Shown here: positions 1 through 10,116 of the stretch, piece after piece
Numbering within the stretch: the first letter of the stretch is position 1
Layout of the letters: the number at the start of each line of letters is the position of its first letter
NCBI GenBank assembly: GCA_963666315.2
Contig: CAXXHG010000043.1
Location: forward strand, 64,001-128,000
Length of the DNA: 64,000 bases
Origin: Candidatus Binatia bacterium
GTDB lineage: Bacteria; Desulfobacterota; Binatia; Bin18
Direction: 5' to 3'
The notes under the pieces: model-generated
Told to the model about the DNA's origin: nothing
Database searches by the model: none
The model's input: the letters and a program-made list of their open reading frames with translations, nothing else
Translations under genes and position numbers: made by a program

Positions 1-458
1 TGCGGGATGCTCCCGCCGTGCTCCTGACCACGAACGACGATGCCATGAACATCTATCTCGCCGTTTATTGCCGCCGCCTCAATCCAGAGTTGCACATCGT
101 GAGCCGTATTACCCACGAAAGAAATCTCGAAGCCATCCACCGTGCCGGCGCAAACTTCGCCCTGAGCTATGCCTCGCTCGGTATTGAATACGTCTTCTCT
201 GTACTACAAAGTGGTGAGTTAGGAGTCCTCGGCGAGGGAGTTGAGTTATTCGTAGTGCCACTGCCGCAGATGTTGGTTGGATTAACCCTGTCTGAAAGTG
301 GTATCGGTACACGGACGGGGCTAAACGTCGTCGGCATTCAGCACAACGGGCGCACCGTAACGAACCCTCCTGCCTCTGCAACGCTTCTCAGGGGAAGCGA
401 ACTCATTATGCTGGGGAGTACACAGCAGCATCGCGCATTTATCGAAGCGTTTAGCTAA
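1..458 (+). CDS. TrkA-N/TrkA-C (RCK) domain potassium channel/transporter protein, C-terminal part (5' end outside window)
   Basis: TTNDDAMNIYLAVYCRRLNPELHIVSR (TrkA-N end) then L.GLTLSESGIGTRTGLNVVGI...LIMLG (TrkA-C); frame is open to the window edge. Confidence 0.85.
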   Translation, partial: RDAPAVLLTTNDDAMNIYLAVYCRRLNPELHIVSRITHERNLEAIHRAGANFALSYASLGIEYVFSVLQSGELGVLGEGVELFVVPLPQMLVGLTLSESGIGTRTGLNVVGIQHNGRTVTNPPASATLLRGSELIMLGSTQQHRAFIEAFS

Positions 459-480
459 ATGGAGAGAAGCTCGGTAAAGA

Positions 481-2664
481 TCAAAACCGGTACGTATAAC
501 GCACCTTGAACTGCGCTTCGCGAGCAATGGAGCGAAAGCCGCCTTCCTCTTCGTCCAGCCAGCGCTGGTTAAAGACCAAAAAGAGATCATTGCCCGGCTC
601 GATGATCCAGCGTATGCGCGTATTCAGACCGAGCACGTCAGACACGGTGTCGTATTGGACCAGGGTAAACCATGACAGATTGGGATTCAGCGCTAAATCC
701 AGGCGGACCCGGAAGAGGCGAACGATAAAATTCCCCTCAGGCAGCCGGACATCGTTCTGCCGGTATTCCGTACTCAAAAAGAATCGTGGCCCAGGTTGAA
801 AATTCAGCTGGGCATCCCAGCTATCGCGCTTGCCGCTATAAAAATCGCCCCAGACATAGGTCAGACGTGCAGACACCTTACGTTTATCCGCAGTTTCCGC
901 TTGGATAAGATAACGTCGAAAGGTGTAGCGATCAGACCCAAGCGTTACGCCGTCGCTGATCTCAAAATCGTCGGTTAAGCGCTCAAACTGCTCCCAGGTC
1001 CGAAACGCCAGTACGTCGCCGCTATCAAAGCGCCACTCGCAGGGAAAAACGATATTGCGCGTAAGGAGCTGATTCGTATCTTGGTCGGTAATATAATTAC
1101 CGTCAAAGGCACACGAGACTTGACGCGTTTTCCAGCGTTTCGGCCGCGGCGCCGCTCTTAAAAACCAGCCGAAACGCCGTATCCCTTTGCGCGGCACAAA
1201 ACCCATAGTGGCGTCAAAATCCCTTTGCACCTCACGATAGGTCCCGAATAGTGACCAGGTGTCATTGGGCAGACTAATTTGACTGCCCCAGGCCCAGTTC
1301 TTGTTCGTGCCGGGGATAAAGCTTTTTTCGAAAAACGAAGAAAAGGTCAAATTTTTATCGCCCAAAAGCTTTGTCGTCTTATACAGAAAGTCATTGCCGT
1401 ACAGGCCGGTCGCAGCTCCATTCTCCGGCGACCGCCGGGTGGCGATCATGCCGATGGACGCGCGCTCCCCAAGGTCACGCTTGACGCGAATGACACTAAA
1501 GTTCTCGCCAGGAATGGGATCGCGCTCTTGCACCTGGACACTGAGTATACCCAGGCGATACTTGCCTATGCGCCCGCTGAGTTTGCCACCGCCGATCAGA
1601 TCGACCGTTTTGCCGTCATCAGAAATGCCTATGCGCCGACTAAAAAAAGGAACGATCACTAACGGACCAGACGTTGGGGTGAGTCCATCAACAGAAAAAT
1701 TGGGCGCGTCCTCTAGAAAGAATTGCCGCTTCTCAGGAAAGAAGAGAGAAAACCGCGTCAAGTTGACCTGCGCATCGTCAATTTCCGTTTCAGAAAAGTC
1801 GGTATTCATGGTCAGACTCAGCGTGAGACCCGGCGTGAGCTTGTAGAACAAATCAAAGCCGGGCTTAAAAGACGCGGCATCACGTCGCACCTCGGTTGTT
1901 AAGAAAGGCGAAAAATCGAAGCCCAAGCCTTGGGAGATATCCTGTAGGCCGGTGAGTCGTCCGGCTACCGATACGCGATTAAAGTCGAGATTCTGGCGAT
2001 GGCCGGTCCACACTGTTTCTTCAGTATTGCGCTTAATAATACGCTGTATATTGAAACCCCAGGTTGATTGTCCAGGGGCAAAGCTCAACGTCTGAAATGG
2101 AATCTCGAATTCCGCCGTCCAGCCAGTTGGCATTAAGTTCGTCTTCACATTCCAGATGCCATTCCAGTCTCGGTTCCTACTTTCACCCTCGTCACCAATC
2201 AGCTCATCCACCCGCGTGCCGACCGAGTTGGTCTGAAATTTAAATGCGTTCCGATGGTCGAGGAAGGTGTCAAACAAGAGAGTCACCCGATCATCGGCAT
2301 CCAGATTGGAATCCCGGTTAAACCGGGTGACGACGATCGCACTCGGATCAGAGTCGTGGCAGGTGACGCCGATATAGAGCTGAAAGCGAGTATAGAGAAC
2401 GCGCACCTCGGTTGATTGAGAGGCGCGTTCACCTTCGTCCGGTTCGCGTTGACGGAAATCGCTGGCGACCTGTGCGGTCTGCCAGGCAGGTTCGTCCAAC
2501 CTGCCGTCAAGAATAATCGGTTCACTGGTAGAGACAGCCCGCAACTCTGGGGTCGCGGAGAAAACAGCCGGCACCACAGCAGGCAGGAAAAGGCATAGGG
2601 CAGTATTGAGGAGAAAGAAACATCCCACAGCAGCCGCGTTCATGACCCTCCACCAACCAAACAA
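481..2664 (-). CDS. Exported CBM9-like/DUF5916 domain protein (probable outer-membrane beta-barrel hydrolase-like)
   Basis: Signal peptide; I.LDGRLDEPAW..A CBM9-like start; NTDFSETEIDDAQVNLTRFSLFFPEKRQFFLE DUF5916 motif; C-terminal Y.Y.F. Confidence 0.8.
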   Translation of the reverse strand: MFGWWRVMNAAAVGCFFLLNTALCLFLPAVVPAVFSATPELRAVSTSEPIILDGRLDEPAWQTAQVASDFRQREPDEGERASQSTEVRVLYTRFQLYIGVTCHDSDPSAIVVTRFNRDSNLDADDRVTLLFDTFLDHRNAFKFQTNSVGTRVDELIGDEGESRNRDWNGIWNVKTNLMPTGWTAEFEIPFQTLSFAPGQSTWGFNIQRIIKRNTEETVWTGHRQNLDFNRVSVAGRLTGLQDISQGLGFDFSPFLTTEVRRDAASFKPGFDLFYKLTPGLTLSLTMNTDFSETEIDDAQVNLTRFSLFFPEKRQFFLEDAPNFSVDGLTPTSGPLVIVPFFSRRIGISDDGKTVDLIGGGKLSGRIGKYRLGILSVQVQERDPIPGENFSVIRVKRDLGERASIGMIATRRSPENGAATGLYGNDFLYKTTKLLGDKNLTFSSFFEKSFIPGTNKNWAWGSQISLPNDTWSLFGTYREVQRDFDATMGFVPRKGIRRFGWFLRAAPRPKRWKTRQVSCAFDGNYITDQDTNQLLTRNIVFPCEWRFDSGDVLAFRTWEQFERLTDDFEISDGVTLGSDRYTFRRYLIQAETADKRKVSARLTYVWGDFYSGKRDSWDAQLNFQPGPRFFLSTEYRQNDVRLPEGNFIVRLFRVRLDLALNPNLSWFTLVQYDTVSDVLGLNTRIRWIIEPGNDLFLVFNQRWLDEEEGGFRSIAREAQFKVRYTYRF

Positions 2665-2671
2665 TTATTCC

Positions 2672-2698
2672 TAAAGTATTCGAATAAGATGACGATAC
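2672..2698 (+). promoter_or_regulatory. Putative sigma28 (FliA-type) promoter
   Basis: TAAA-N15-GACGATAC versus consensus TAAA-N15-GCCGATAA, upstream of a flagellar rod-like gene. Confidence 0.5.
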
Positions 2699-2750
2699 TG
2701 TTACATGTACCATATACTCAACTGAGTTTCCGCCACAAAAGCAGGGTACG

Positions 2751-3149
2751 ATGCATATGCCACTTGGAGCTCGCCCCGCCACGTACTCGGATCTTTCCGT
2801 CTCTCAACGCAAAATCAAGATTACGGCCAACAACAGCGCGCGCGTCAATACTAACGGGTTCAAAAAAAGCCGGACTCTTTTCTCCACTGCTCAGCCCCAT
2901 GGTGTCAATGCCGAAGTCGAACAGGGCGAGAGAGCCGGGCCAAACGCGCTGGAGCAAACCACGCCAAGTGAGCAGTCTGTCGGACAATCGGACGTCGACG
3001 CACGCGTCGAAGCCGACGTTGACCTCGGTCAAGAAATGGTCAATCTTCTGTCTGGTCAGCGTGGGTATGAGGCAAGTTTACGCACGCTGAAGACCGCGGC
3101 TAAAATGGTCGGCAGCATGATTGATGTTGTCGCTGATGAGGAACAATAA
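2751..3149 (+). CDS. Short flagellar basal-body rod/hook family protein (FlgC-like N- and C-terminal motifs)
   Basis: ANNSARVNTNGFKKSR (variant of ANNxANxxTxGFK) and VDLGQEMVNL...YEASLRTLKT. Confidence 0.75.
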   Translation: MHMPLGARPATYSDLSVSQRKIKITANNSARVNTNGFKKSRTLFSTAQPHGVNAEVEQGERAGPNALEQTTPSEQSVGQSDVDARVEADVDLGQEMVNLLSGQRGYEASLRTLKTAAKMVGSMIDVVADEEQ

Positions 3150-3210
3150 GGGCACCCAGACACAGGCCCGCTCTCGGTCTAGTCTTCTGACTTCTTGTTA
3201 GCTCGATTTT

Positions 3211-4035
3211 TCAGTCGTCCTCTTTAAACAACGCGTCACGCCAATCCAGCGCGGCACGGAGTCCTTTTTCTTTCCGAATCTGGTTAAACGCTTCTTGCTC
3301 CTGCGTTCGGGTGGTATCGAACATCACCACTAGATCAAGATTCTGGTAGATGCTGTTGAGAAAGCCCATATTTTCATACGCCCGGTTAATGGCCGCTTTG
3401 TTAAACTTCAGCCCGACCCGGGAGATCTTGATGAGCTTCCGGGCCGTTTTCTCGCACTCTTGCATGAGCTGATCGTGGGCTACCACGCGGTTAATCATGC
3501 CCAGACGCTCAGCCTCCTTCGCCGAAATCATCTCTCCGGTCAGGAGCAGCTCCTTGGCCTTGGCGAAGCCGACACTAAATGGGGTGACCAATACCGGAGG
3601 GCCGGTCCCAAAACGGATCTCCGGCTCGCCTAAAACCGCCTGCTCGGAAGCAATCTTGATGTCGCACAGCTGAGCCAGCTCGCAGGCGCCCGCCAGCGCA
3701 TAGCCATTAATCGCGGCGATATACGGTTTGCCGGATTGCCAGACCTTGAGAAACGTTTCAATATTCTGCTTCAGCTCTGACCGCCAGCTATCGGCAGAGC
3801 GCTCATACAGCTCGGGCTCGCCTTCCACGGGCGCAATATTAAATCCGGCAGAAAACGCCCGTCCGGCTCCGGTCAGAATCACGACGCGGACTTCGTCATC
3901 CGCCTCAATCGCGTCAAATGCCTGGGCTAACTCGACCATGAGTTCCTTGCTGAGGGCATTCAGCTTGCTCGGTCGGTTGAGGGTGAGATAGCCGATCTGG
4001 TTCTTTTTCTCGAATATGAGGTTTTTATATGCCAT
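3211..4035 (-). CDS. Enoyl-CoA hydratase/isomerase family protein
   Basis: LNRPSKLNAL, GAGRAFSAG, AAINGYALAG, PEIRFG motifs; start moved to ATG 4035 behind a GGAGG RBS. Confidence 0.9.
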   Translation of the reverse strand: MAYKNLIFEKKNQIGYLTLNRPSKLNALSKELMVELAQAFDAIEADDEVRVVILTGAGRAFSAGFNIAPVEGEPELYERSADSWRSELKQNIETFLKVWQSGKPYIAAINGYALAGACELAQLCDIKIASEQAVLGEPEIRFGTGPPVLVTPFSVGFAKAKELLLTGEMISAKEAERLGMINRVVAHDQLMQECEKTARKLIKISRVGLKFNKAAINRAYENMGFLNSIYQNLDLVVMFDTTRTQEQEAFNQIRKEKGLRAALDWRDALFKEDD

Positions 4036-4206
4036 GGTCTCTCCACCTCCCTGACTCAATGGGCCGTGTCTAATTGGTTTAACCGGTCTAACCCAACAGT
4101 CGGAGAAGATCAACGCAGCGTTTTCAGCTGATGATTCCGTACTCCCGCTCTTGCCCTCCCTGCCGAAAATCTCCAGACTCGGGCGAAAGAAAGACGTTCA
4201 CCAGCC

Positions 4207-5433
4207 ATGCAGACCTCAGATCTTCTGCTCACTCGGACCGAAGGTCCGTATCTCTATCCGCGTGATATTAAGGTTGACGCTCCACGTTTTACAAAGATGG
4301 CCCAAGAACTCATCGCCATCTATGCCGACCATGAGGGCAAGACTCGGCGCGAGCTGACCACTACCCTCAATCAGTATGCAGAAGACCGAACCGATTTTCG
4401 GATTCAGCGCGGTCTGGCCAAACTCTTACGCGACCACCGGTGTGAGTTTGAGGAACACAGCATCGCCCCTTCGGCTGAAATCCGCCGACGTCTGTTTGCC
4501 TTAGCCCACGAAAACCATCCCGTGGTCTTGCAACCCGACCTCATACATCCCGTGACTAAGGACGAACTGTTGGCCGAAGTTGAGTATAAAGCCGAACCTG
4601 AGCAAATCGCCGGGGCGCTGTACGCCGACCTGGCTGAGAATCACATCCTGACCCGTTTTGATACACCCGACCCGCAGTGGCTACTCCTGCGCTATAACGT
4701 CGCGCTCGCTCAAGCCCTGCCGTATCGCTGCATTCGAATGAAACTGTCCGTCTTTCGCAATATTCCCGGCCGCTACAAGCAGCTTTTTAAGTTCATAAAG
4801 TTCTACCAACTCATGCATGCGATCGAGGGCGATCTCGACAGCGGCTACGAAACCCTCCTGGACGGGCCGGTCAGCATGTTTCGCTTGTCACAGAAATATG
4901 GGCTGAAACTTGCCGTTTTCCTGCCCGCCCTTTTACTGTGTACGCGCTGGAAGATGGAAGCCGAGATTATGACCTCGGACGGCGAGCGTCGCTATTTCCC
5001 GCTCGACGAGAGCGCCCACTTGGTCTCGCACTACCGTGAAAGCACGATGTATGACTCTCTGCTCGAAAAGACCTTTGCCGAGCGCTTTAACGCTATTGAT
5101 AGTGGCTGCCAGATTGAACGCGAGGTAGCCATTATCAACCTCAAGGAAACCGTCTTTATTCCGGACTTTGCCTTTCGGCATGCAGACGGACGGACGGCGC
5201 TGATGGAAATCGTGGGCTATTGGCGTCCAGAGTATCTCAAAAAAAAGATCATGAAGCTGCGCCGCTCGGGTCGAGACAACATGGTCGTTGCCGTGTCCGC
5301 CAATTTGAATGTGGGCGAAGAAGACTTCACCGATGTGCCCGGCAGTGTGTTCTTTTTTAAGAATCGGATTAACCCCCAAGAGGTCGTCGCCCGCCTGGAA
5401 CAGGACGGACGAGACGCGAGCCAAGAAACGTGA
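4207..5433 (+). CDS. DUF790 family predicted nuclease (PD-(D/E)xK fold)
   Basis: LYADLAEN, RYNVALAQ, LDGP.S.F...KYG, YDSLLE..FA, IPDF...MEIVGYWRPEYL.KK. Confidence 0.85.
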   Translation: MQTSDLLLTRTEGPYLYPRDIKVDAPRFTKMAQELIAIYADHEGKTRRELTTTLNQYAEDRTDFRIQRGLAKLLRDHRCEFEEHSIAPSAEIRRRLFALAHENHPVVLQPDLIHPVTKDELLAEVEYKAEPEQIAGALYADLAENHILTRFDTPDPQWLLLRYNVALAQALPYRCIRMKLSVFRNIPGRYKQLFKFIKFYQLMHAIEGDLDSGYETLLDGPVSMFRLSQKYGLKLAVFLPALLLCTRWKMEAEIMTSDGERRYFPLDESAHLVSHYRESTMYDSLLEKTFAERFNAIDSGCQIEREVAIINLKETVFIPDFAFRHADGRTALMEIVGYWRPEYLKKKIMKLRRSGRDNMVVAVSANLNVGEEDFTDVPGSVFFFKNRINPQEVVARLEQDGRDASQET

Positions 5434-5491
5434 ATCTTGAAACGTCACTCCGCTAACCCATTGTACAATCTAAGATTCATTCAGAAATAGC

Positions 5492-5561
5492 TTGACAAGA
5501 ATAATACGACTCATAAAATGAATCATAACAACTCATTATTGAGTCACTATCGAGTTACTCG
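5492..5561 (+). promoter_or_regulatory. sigma70 promoter of the TA operon overlapped by inverted-repeat operators
   Basis: TTGACA(5492)-N16-TAAAAT(5514); IRs GACTCAT-aaa-ATGAATC (5508-5524), ACTCA-ttat-TGAGT (5531-5544), CGAGT-t-ACTCG (5551-5561). Confidence 0.65.
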
Positions 5562-5572
5562 GAAGTGTTTAT

Positions 5573-5836
5573 ATGCGACAACTCACTATTCGCGGATTTG
5601 ATGAGCCTCTCCTCCAGCGCTTACAACAACTCGCCCGACAGGAAGGAATTTCCTTAAATAAAGCTGCTCTGCTGTTGCTCAAACGAGGAGCGGGGCTGGA
5701 CCCCTCTCCTCAGCAGGCTGAAGAGGTCGGCCATTCGTTAGATCACCTCATTGGCGCATGGTCGCCTGAGGAAGAGCAAGCTTTTCTAAAAGCAACACAG
5801 CGCTTCGATCAGATCGATGATGCTTTTTGGTCATGA
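5573..5836 (+). CDS. vapB: Antitoxin, FitA/VapB-like ribbon-helix-helix
   Basis: MRQLTIRGFD...ARQEGISLNKA RHH pattern; ATGA overlap with the downstream PIN toxin. Confidence 0.75.
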   Translation: MRQLTIRGFDEPLLQRLQQLARQEGISLNKAALLLLKRGAGLDPSPQQAEEVGHSLDHLIGAWSPEEEQAFLKATQRFDQIDDAFWS

Positions 5837-6231
5837 GGATCTTGCTTGATACAAATGCGTGTGCTGCCCTCTTACGGGGCAAGCCTCAAGTGACCAGTCT
5901 AGTCCATCATGCACGGCAGGTTCTCTTGTCCACAGTCGTGCTTGGCGAGCTGCTGTTTGGCTTTCGCAACGGTTCCCAGCATGAAAAGAATCGCCAAGAG
6001 TTAGATGAGTTTCTCGCTAACCTGTACGTGGATGTTATTCCGGTGACATTCACAACAGCGGACCGTTTCGGGCGGATCGCCACGGCTCTACGTCAGGCTG
6101 GTACACCAATCCCGACAAATGATATCTGGATTGCTGCTCACGCAATCGAGACTGGGGCGGATTTGTTGTCCTATGATAGACACTTTGAGACTGTAGCGGG
6201 CTTGGTCTGGATTCAACTCTTCGACTCGTGA
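5833..6231 (+). CDS. vapC: VapC family PIN-domain toxin
   Basis: ILLDTN, LGELLFG, IPTNDIWIAAHA, SYDRHF. Confidence 0.9.
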   Translation: MRILLDTNACAALLRGKPQVTSLVHHARQVLLSTVVLGELLFGFRNGSQHEKNRQELDEFLANLYVDVIPVTFTTADRFGRIATALRQAGTPIPTNDIWIAAHAIETGADLLSYDRHFETVAGLVWIQLFDS

Positions 6232-6477
6232 AGCTGTGTCAAAGTCCGCTGAGGCAGCGCCACGTCATGTGAAGGGTCTACGGCTGGACGCCCCTTCTCT
6301 CAGGCCCACGCCCGTTTGCAGAAAAACATAATCTTGAGTGGAAGAGGTACTGCCGAATTATCGAGACCCGCTCTCCGATAAGACGGCCCCCTCCAAACCA
6401 CGACTCTCGGGAGCGGGCCGTGTTTCACAGGGCTGAGACGCACGAATCCTTAGAACGGTTCAAAAGGAGGACACGGA

Positions 6478-6866
6478 ATGTCTACCCAACGCTATACACT
6501 CTCTGTCTTTGCGGCGCTGATCGCGGGCCTAGTGGGCGGGGGCACCGCCGGCCTACTCGTGTCCGGCTCGTTCCTGTATGCGTCCCCGCTACAGGAACGA
6601 GCCGGACACAGCGGATAGTCATCGTGGATGCGACCGGCCAGGAGCGCATGGGACTCGGGATAGTGGATGGAGTTCCTCGCCTGATGATGCTCGACCACGA
6701 TGGGCGAACACGGCTGGCGTTGGGACTGCTTGGCGATGGCGCGCCCCGCTTAAGTTTCCTCGACCCCCACGAGAAGATGCGACTGGAGGTAGGAGCCCCC
6801 GCCGATGGTTCGCCAGCCTTGGTGGTGTTAGATGCCCGGGAGCAAACGGTGTGGCAGGCGCCCTAG
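6478..6866 (+). pseudogene. Exported/membrane-anchored hypothetical protein with a frameshift near 6600
   Basis: AGGAGG RBS and ATG 6478 give hydrophobic MSTQRYTLSVFAALIAGLVGGG..., which stops at ~6618; the beta-repeat part (IVIVDATGQERMGL...VWQAP) is in another frame. Confidence 0.55.
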
Positions 6867-6956
6867 TCGCGAGTGGCAACGCTGCGTCGATCCGTCTCGG
6901 CCCCCGATCAACTCCTCCGGCCTTGTCAAGTTGATCGGTGATACTCCAGATGCGGC

Positions 6957-8216
6957 CTACAGCTTCCCCGCCTCGCGCAGCTCCTTCACCCGCTCTTCTT
7001 GGATAAGCACCCCCTCCGCATACAGCGTAGCGATCTGCTCGTCGGTATAGGATAGGTCTTCTTGAAGAACCTCTTCATTATGCTCACCAAGAAATGGAGC
7101 GCGGAACGGGATCTCGACGTCCGCATTCGAAAAATGAAACGGCGATTTGGCGACCGGTGTTGAGCCGAGCAGCGGATGCGGCAGGTCTTGGAACAACCCG
7201 CGCGCTTTCAGCTGGGGATGCGCCGCTGCTGCGGGGATATCCAGAATAGGCGCGGAGGGCACCCGTGCTTCAAGCAAAATTTTCAGCGGCGTTTCGTCAT
7301 CTTCAAATCTTTGCAGCCAGTCTTCGATATATTCGCGGACTTCAGCCCGGCGCTGTAAACGGTCGGCCATAGTGGCGTAGCGTTCGTCAGTCTCTAATTC
7401 GGGCTTGCCCATGGCCTTGGTTAAGGCCGGCCACTGGTGTTCGACGACGGCAAGAACGACATAACCCTTTTTGGCCTTGTACACACCGTACGGGCAGACG
7501 TTAAAAAAGTCTCCGCCAAAACGCTGCGGGACGATCTCGCCTTGGCTCATCATATACAGCGGGAAGTTAATATAATCCAAATAGACCAGGGATTCGAGCT
7601 GCGATATGTCGATAAATTGCCCCTCGCCAGTCATGGCACGACTAAACAACGCCGCGCAAATCGCCAGCGCGCCATGAATGCCGGCATTCGGGTCACCGAA
7701 ATAGTTGCCGACATAGGTTGGTGGGCCGTCCGGCTGACCGGTCATGGCCATCACCCCGCTCTGCGCCTGGGCGATAATGTCAAAGCTGGTATGCTTGGCG
7801 TACGGGCCATCCTGCCCGTAGCCCGACACCGAGCACATGATTAGTTTGGAGTTGAGTTCTTTGAGGGTGTCATAATCCAACCCATTCCGTGCCATGACCC
7901 CAGGACTATAATTCTCAACCACCACATCGGCCTGACGCACCAGCGCGTATACGATTTCTTTTCCCTTGGGATGTTTGATCTCAACACACACACTTTTCTT
8001 GCCCGCGCAGGCAGCGATAAAGAACGCGCTTTGGCCATGATCGACAAGATGGATTTTCCGACCCAGGTCACCGCTGGGTGTGCGTTCAATCTTGATGACA
8101 TCCGCACCCAGGTCGGCCAGAATCCGGGTGGCAGATGGACCGGCCAGATATTGGGTGAAGTCGAGCACTTTTATACCGGCGAGTAATTTCTTCGAGCCCT
8201 TTGTGTTCTGAGCCAT
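6957..8216 (-). CDS. CoA-transferase family III (CaiB/BaiF)
   Basis: L.GIKVLDFTQYLAGP, LADLGADVIKIE, ADVVVENYSPG, APFLGEHNEEVL. Confidence 0.93.
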   Translation of the reverse strand: MAQNTKGSKKLLAGIKVLDFTQYLAGPSATRILADLGADVIKIERTPSGDLGRKIHLVDHGQSAFFIAACAGKKSVCVEIKHPKGKEIVYALVRQADVVVENYSPGVMARNGLDYDTLKELNSKLIMCSVSGYGQDGPYAKHTSFDIIAQAQSGVMAMTGQPDGPPTYVGNYFGDPNAGIHGALAICAALFSRAMTGEGQFIDISQLESLVYLDYINFPLYMMSQGEIVPQRFGGDFFNVCPYGVYKAKKGYVVLAVVEHQWPALTKAMGKPELETDERYATMADRLQRRAEVREYIEDWLQRFEDDETPLKILLEARVPSAPILDIPAAAAHPQLKARGLFQDLPHPLLGSTPVAKSPFHFSNADVEIPFRAPFLGEHNEEVLQEDLSYTDEQIATLYAEGVLIQEERVKELREAGKL

Positions 8217-8396
8217 ATCCCCTCCTGTACGTATCTGCGTGAGGCGCGTGCATGAGAGATTGTGGCTGATTGGTGAATACTTGACAATGCTCTACGTAAC
8301 AGCGTGCAGGAAACTCTCTGCTCGCTTGACTCTATACGCCTGTGGCCTACGATGAGGCCCAGCACGCGCGAATGAGATATGTGAGTGTGTTCAAGT

Positions 8397-9068
8397 ATGC
8401 GTCTAACACTTCTGAGACCTGTGACATTCGGCTGCTTCGGCCTCGTGCTGATACTCTCCGCCTCTTTCTCTTCCGGCGTTTCGGCGACCGTCTACGAGTG
8501 GCGGAGTCCAAACGGCAGCCGTCATTTTAGTAATGATGTCGCGACTGTGCCAGAGGATAAACGAGATGCCGCACGGACGTTTATCTCAAGGTTCGCAGGT
8601 AAACAAACTGAAGCGTCTCCCTCGCCGCTGCCTGCCAATCGCGCCCAAGATTCAGCCGCTCTGCAAGCAGATATTGCGCGTATTGCCGCATACGAGCGCG
8701 GCCTTGAACGCGGTTTACAGACCGCAGAACGCCAGGTGCGGATGGCCGCAGAGCTAGCCCGGACGATATTAGCAGCCGTCCCGCGCCGTCCGCCTATCCA
8801 GATCATTATTCGCCAGTCCGCGCCACAGGTCCGCCATGTTTATTCTCATGACCCTGCCCCCTTCTACTGTTTTATCAGCCCGTATGGTCCCTACCACTCC
8901 AGTCACTTTCCGTACCGGAGCTATTCGTACGGCTTTCGGCAGGGACGTTTTATCTCGTATTCGCATCTGTCACCGTCTCGCCGCCGTAGACATCGTGGCA
9001 TCTTCTTTCCGCGCGGACATCAGTCAAGAGACGGCTTCCTGTTTGGACATGGCTTTGTTGTGCGTTAA
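8397..9068 (+). CDS. DUF4124-domain exported protein with a low-complexity Arg/His/aromatic tail
   Basis: Signal peptide, then VYEWRSPNGSRHFSND..TVP. Confidence 0.65.
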   Translation: MRLTLLRPVTFGCFGLVLILSASFSSGVSATVYEWRSPNGSRHFSNDVATVPEDKRDAARTFISRFAGKQTEASPSPLPANRAQDSAALQADIARIAAYERGLERGLQTAERQVRMAAELARTILAAVPRRPPIQIIIRQSAPQVRHVYSHDPAPFYCFISPYGPYHSSHFPYRSYSYGFRQGRFISYSHLSPSRRRRHRGIFFPRGHQSRDGFLFGHGFVVR

Positions 9069-9140
9069 AAGAACAGCCCACCGAAACGAACCTTTAGAAG
9101 CAAGCATCCAAGAGGGAAAAGAAAGCAGAAAGGATACGTC

Positions 9141-10115
9141 ATGTTGATTCGCACCCGGCACGGTTGGGAAATCCCTGAGCGCACGGCAACCCCGGAGGAC
9201 GTCTACCTCAACCGGCGTAAATTTCTACAGGCGCTGGGCATTGCCGGCATCAGTACGCTCGGCAGCCTCTCCGGCTGCGAAAGCTCAGGCGCGGACGAGC
9301 AAACCGCGATTCCAGGCATGCCTGAACCAAGCCCGACCGCCGACCTGTATCCGGCCAAGCGCAACGAGCGGTTTACCCTGGACCATCCCCTCACGACCGA
9401 AATAGACGCTGCGAATTACAATAACTTCTACGAATTCAGCTCGCGTAAAGAACTCGTCGCCCGTTTGGTTGAGCGGTTTCAGACCCGCCCGTGGCAGATC
9501 GAAGTGACCGGTCTCGTGCAGAAGCCCCAGACCTTTGATATCGACGACTTGGTTCGCAAAATGCCGCTCGAAGAGCGCCTCTACCGCCACCGTTGTGTCG
9601 AAGCGTGGTCAATGGCCGTGCCCTGGACGGGCTTTCCCATGAAAGCGCTTGTTGACCTCGTCCAACCCCTCTCGTCAGCCAAGCATCTGCGCATCCTCAC
9701 CTTCAACAACCCGGAACAGGCACCCGGCTTGCGCAATGACACCTACCCCTGGCCGTATTTTGAAGGTTTGACCATGGCCGAAGCCACAAACGATCTAGCA
9801 CTCTTTGTGACCGGCATCTACGGCCATGAGCTGACCAAACAGCATGGTGCCCCGATTCGGATCGTGCTGCCGTGGAAGTATGGTTATAAGAGCATCAAGT
9901 CGATCGTGCGTGTGGAGTTTGTCGAGCAACAACCCAAGACCTTCTGGAATACGCTGATTCCTTGGGAGTACAACTACGTTGCGAATGTGAATCCTGCTAT
10001 TCCGCATCCACGTTGGTCGCAGGCTAGTGAGCGCATCTTGGGGACGAGAGAAGTCCGAGCGACCCTGCCCTACAACGGCTATGGGGAGTTTGTCGCCCAA
10101 CTGTATAAGACGTAA
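9141..10115 (+). CDS. msrP: Protein-methionine-sulfoxide reductase catalytic subunit MsrP (YedY), Tat-exported molybdoenzyme
   Basis: TPE.VYLNRRKFL Tat signal, YNNFYEF, YRHRCVEAWSM, PWKYGYKSIKSIV, HPRWSQASE. Confidence 0.95.
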   Translation: MLIRTRHGWEIPERTATPEDVYLNRRKFLQALGIAGISTLGSLSGCESSGADEQTAIPGMPEPSPTADLYPAKRNERFTLDHPLTTEIDAANYNNFYEFSSRKELVARLVERFQTRPWQIEVTGLVQKPQTFDIDDLVRKMPLEERLYRHRCVEAWSMAVPWTGFPMKALVDLVQPLSSAKHLRILTFNNPEQAPGLRNDTYPWPYFEGLTMAEATNDLALFVTGIYGHELTKQHGAPIRIVLPWKYGYKSIKSIVRVEFVEQQPKTFWNTLIPWEYNYVANVNPAIPHPRWSQASERILGTREVRATLPYNGYGEFVAQLYKT

Positions 10116-10116
10116 G

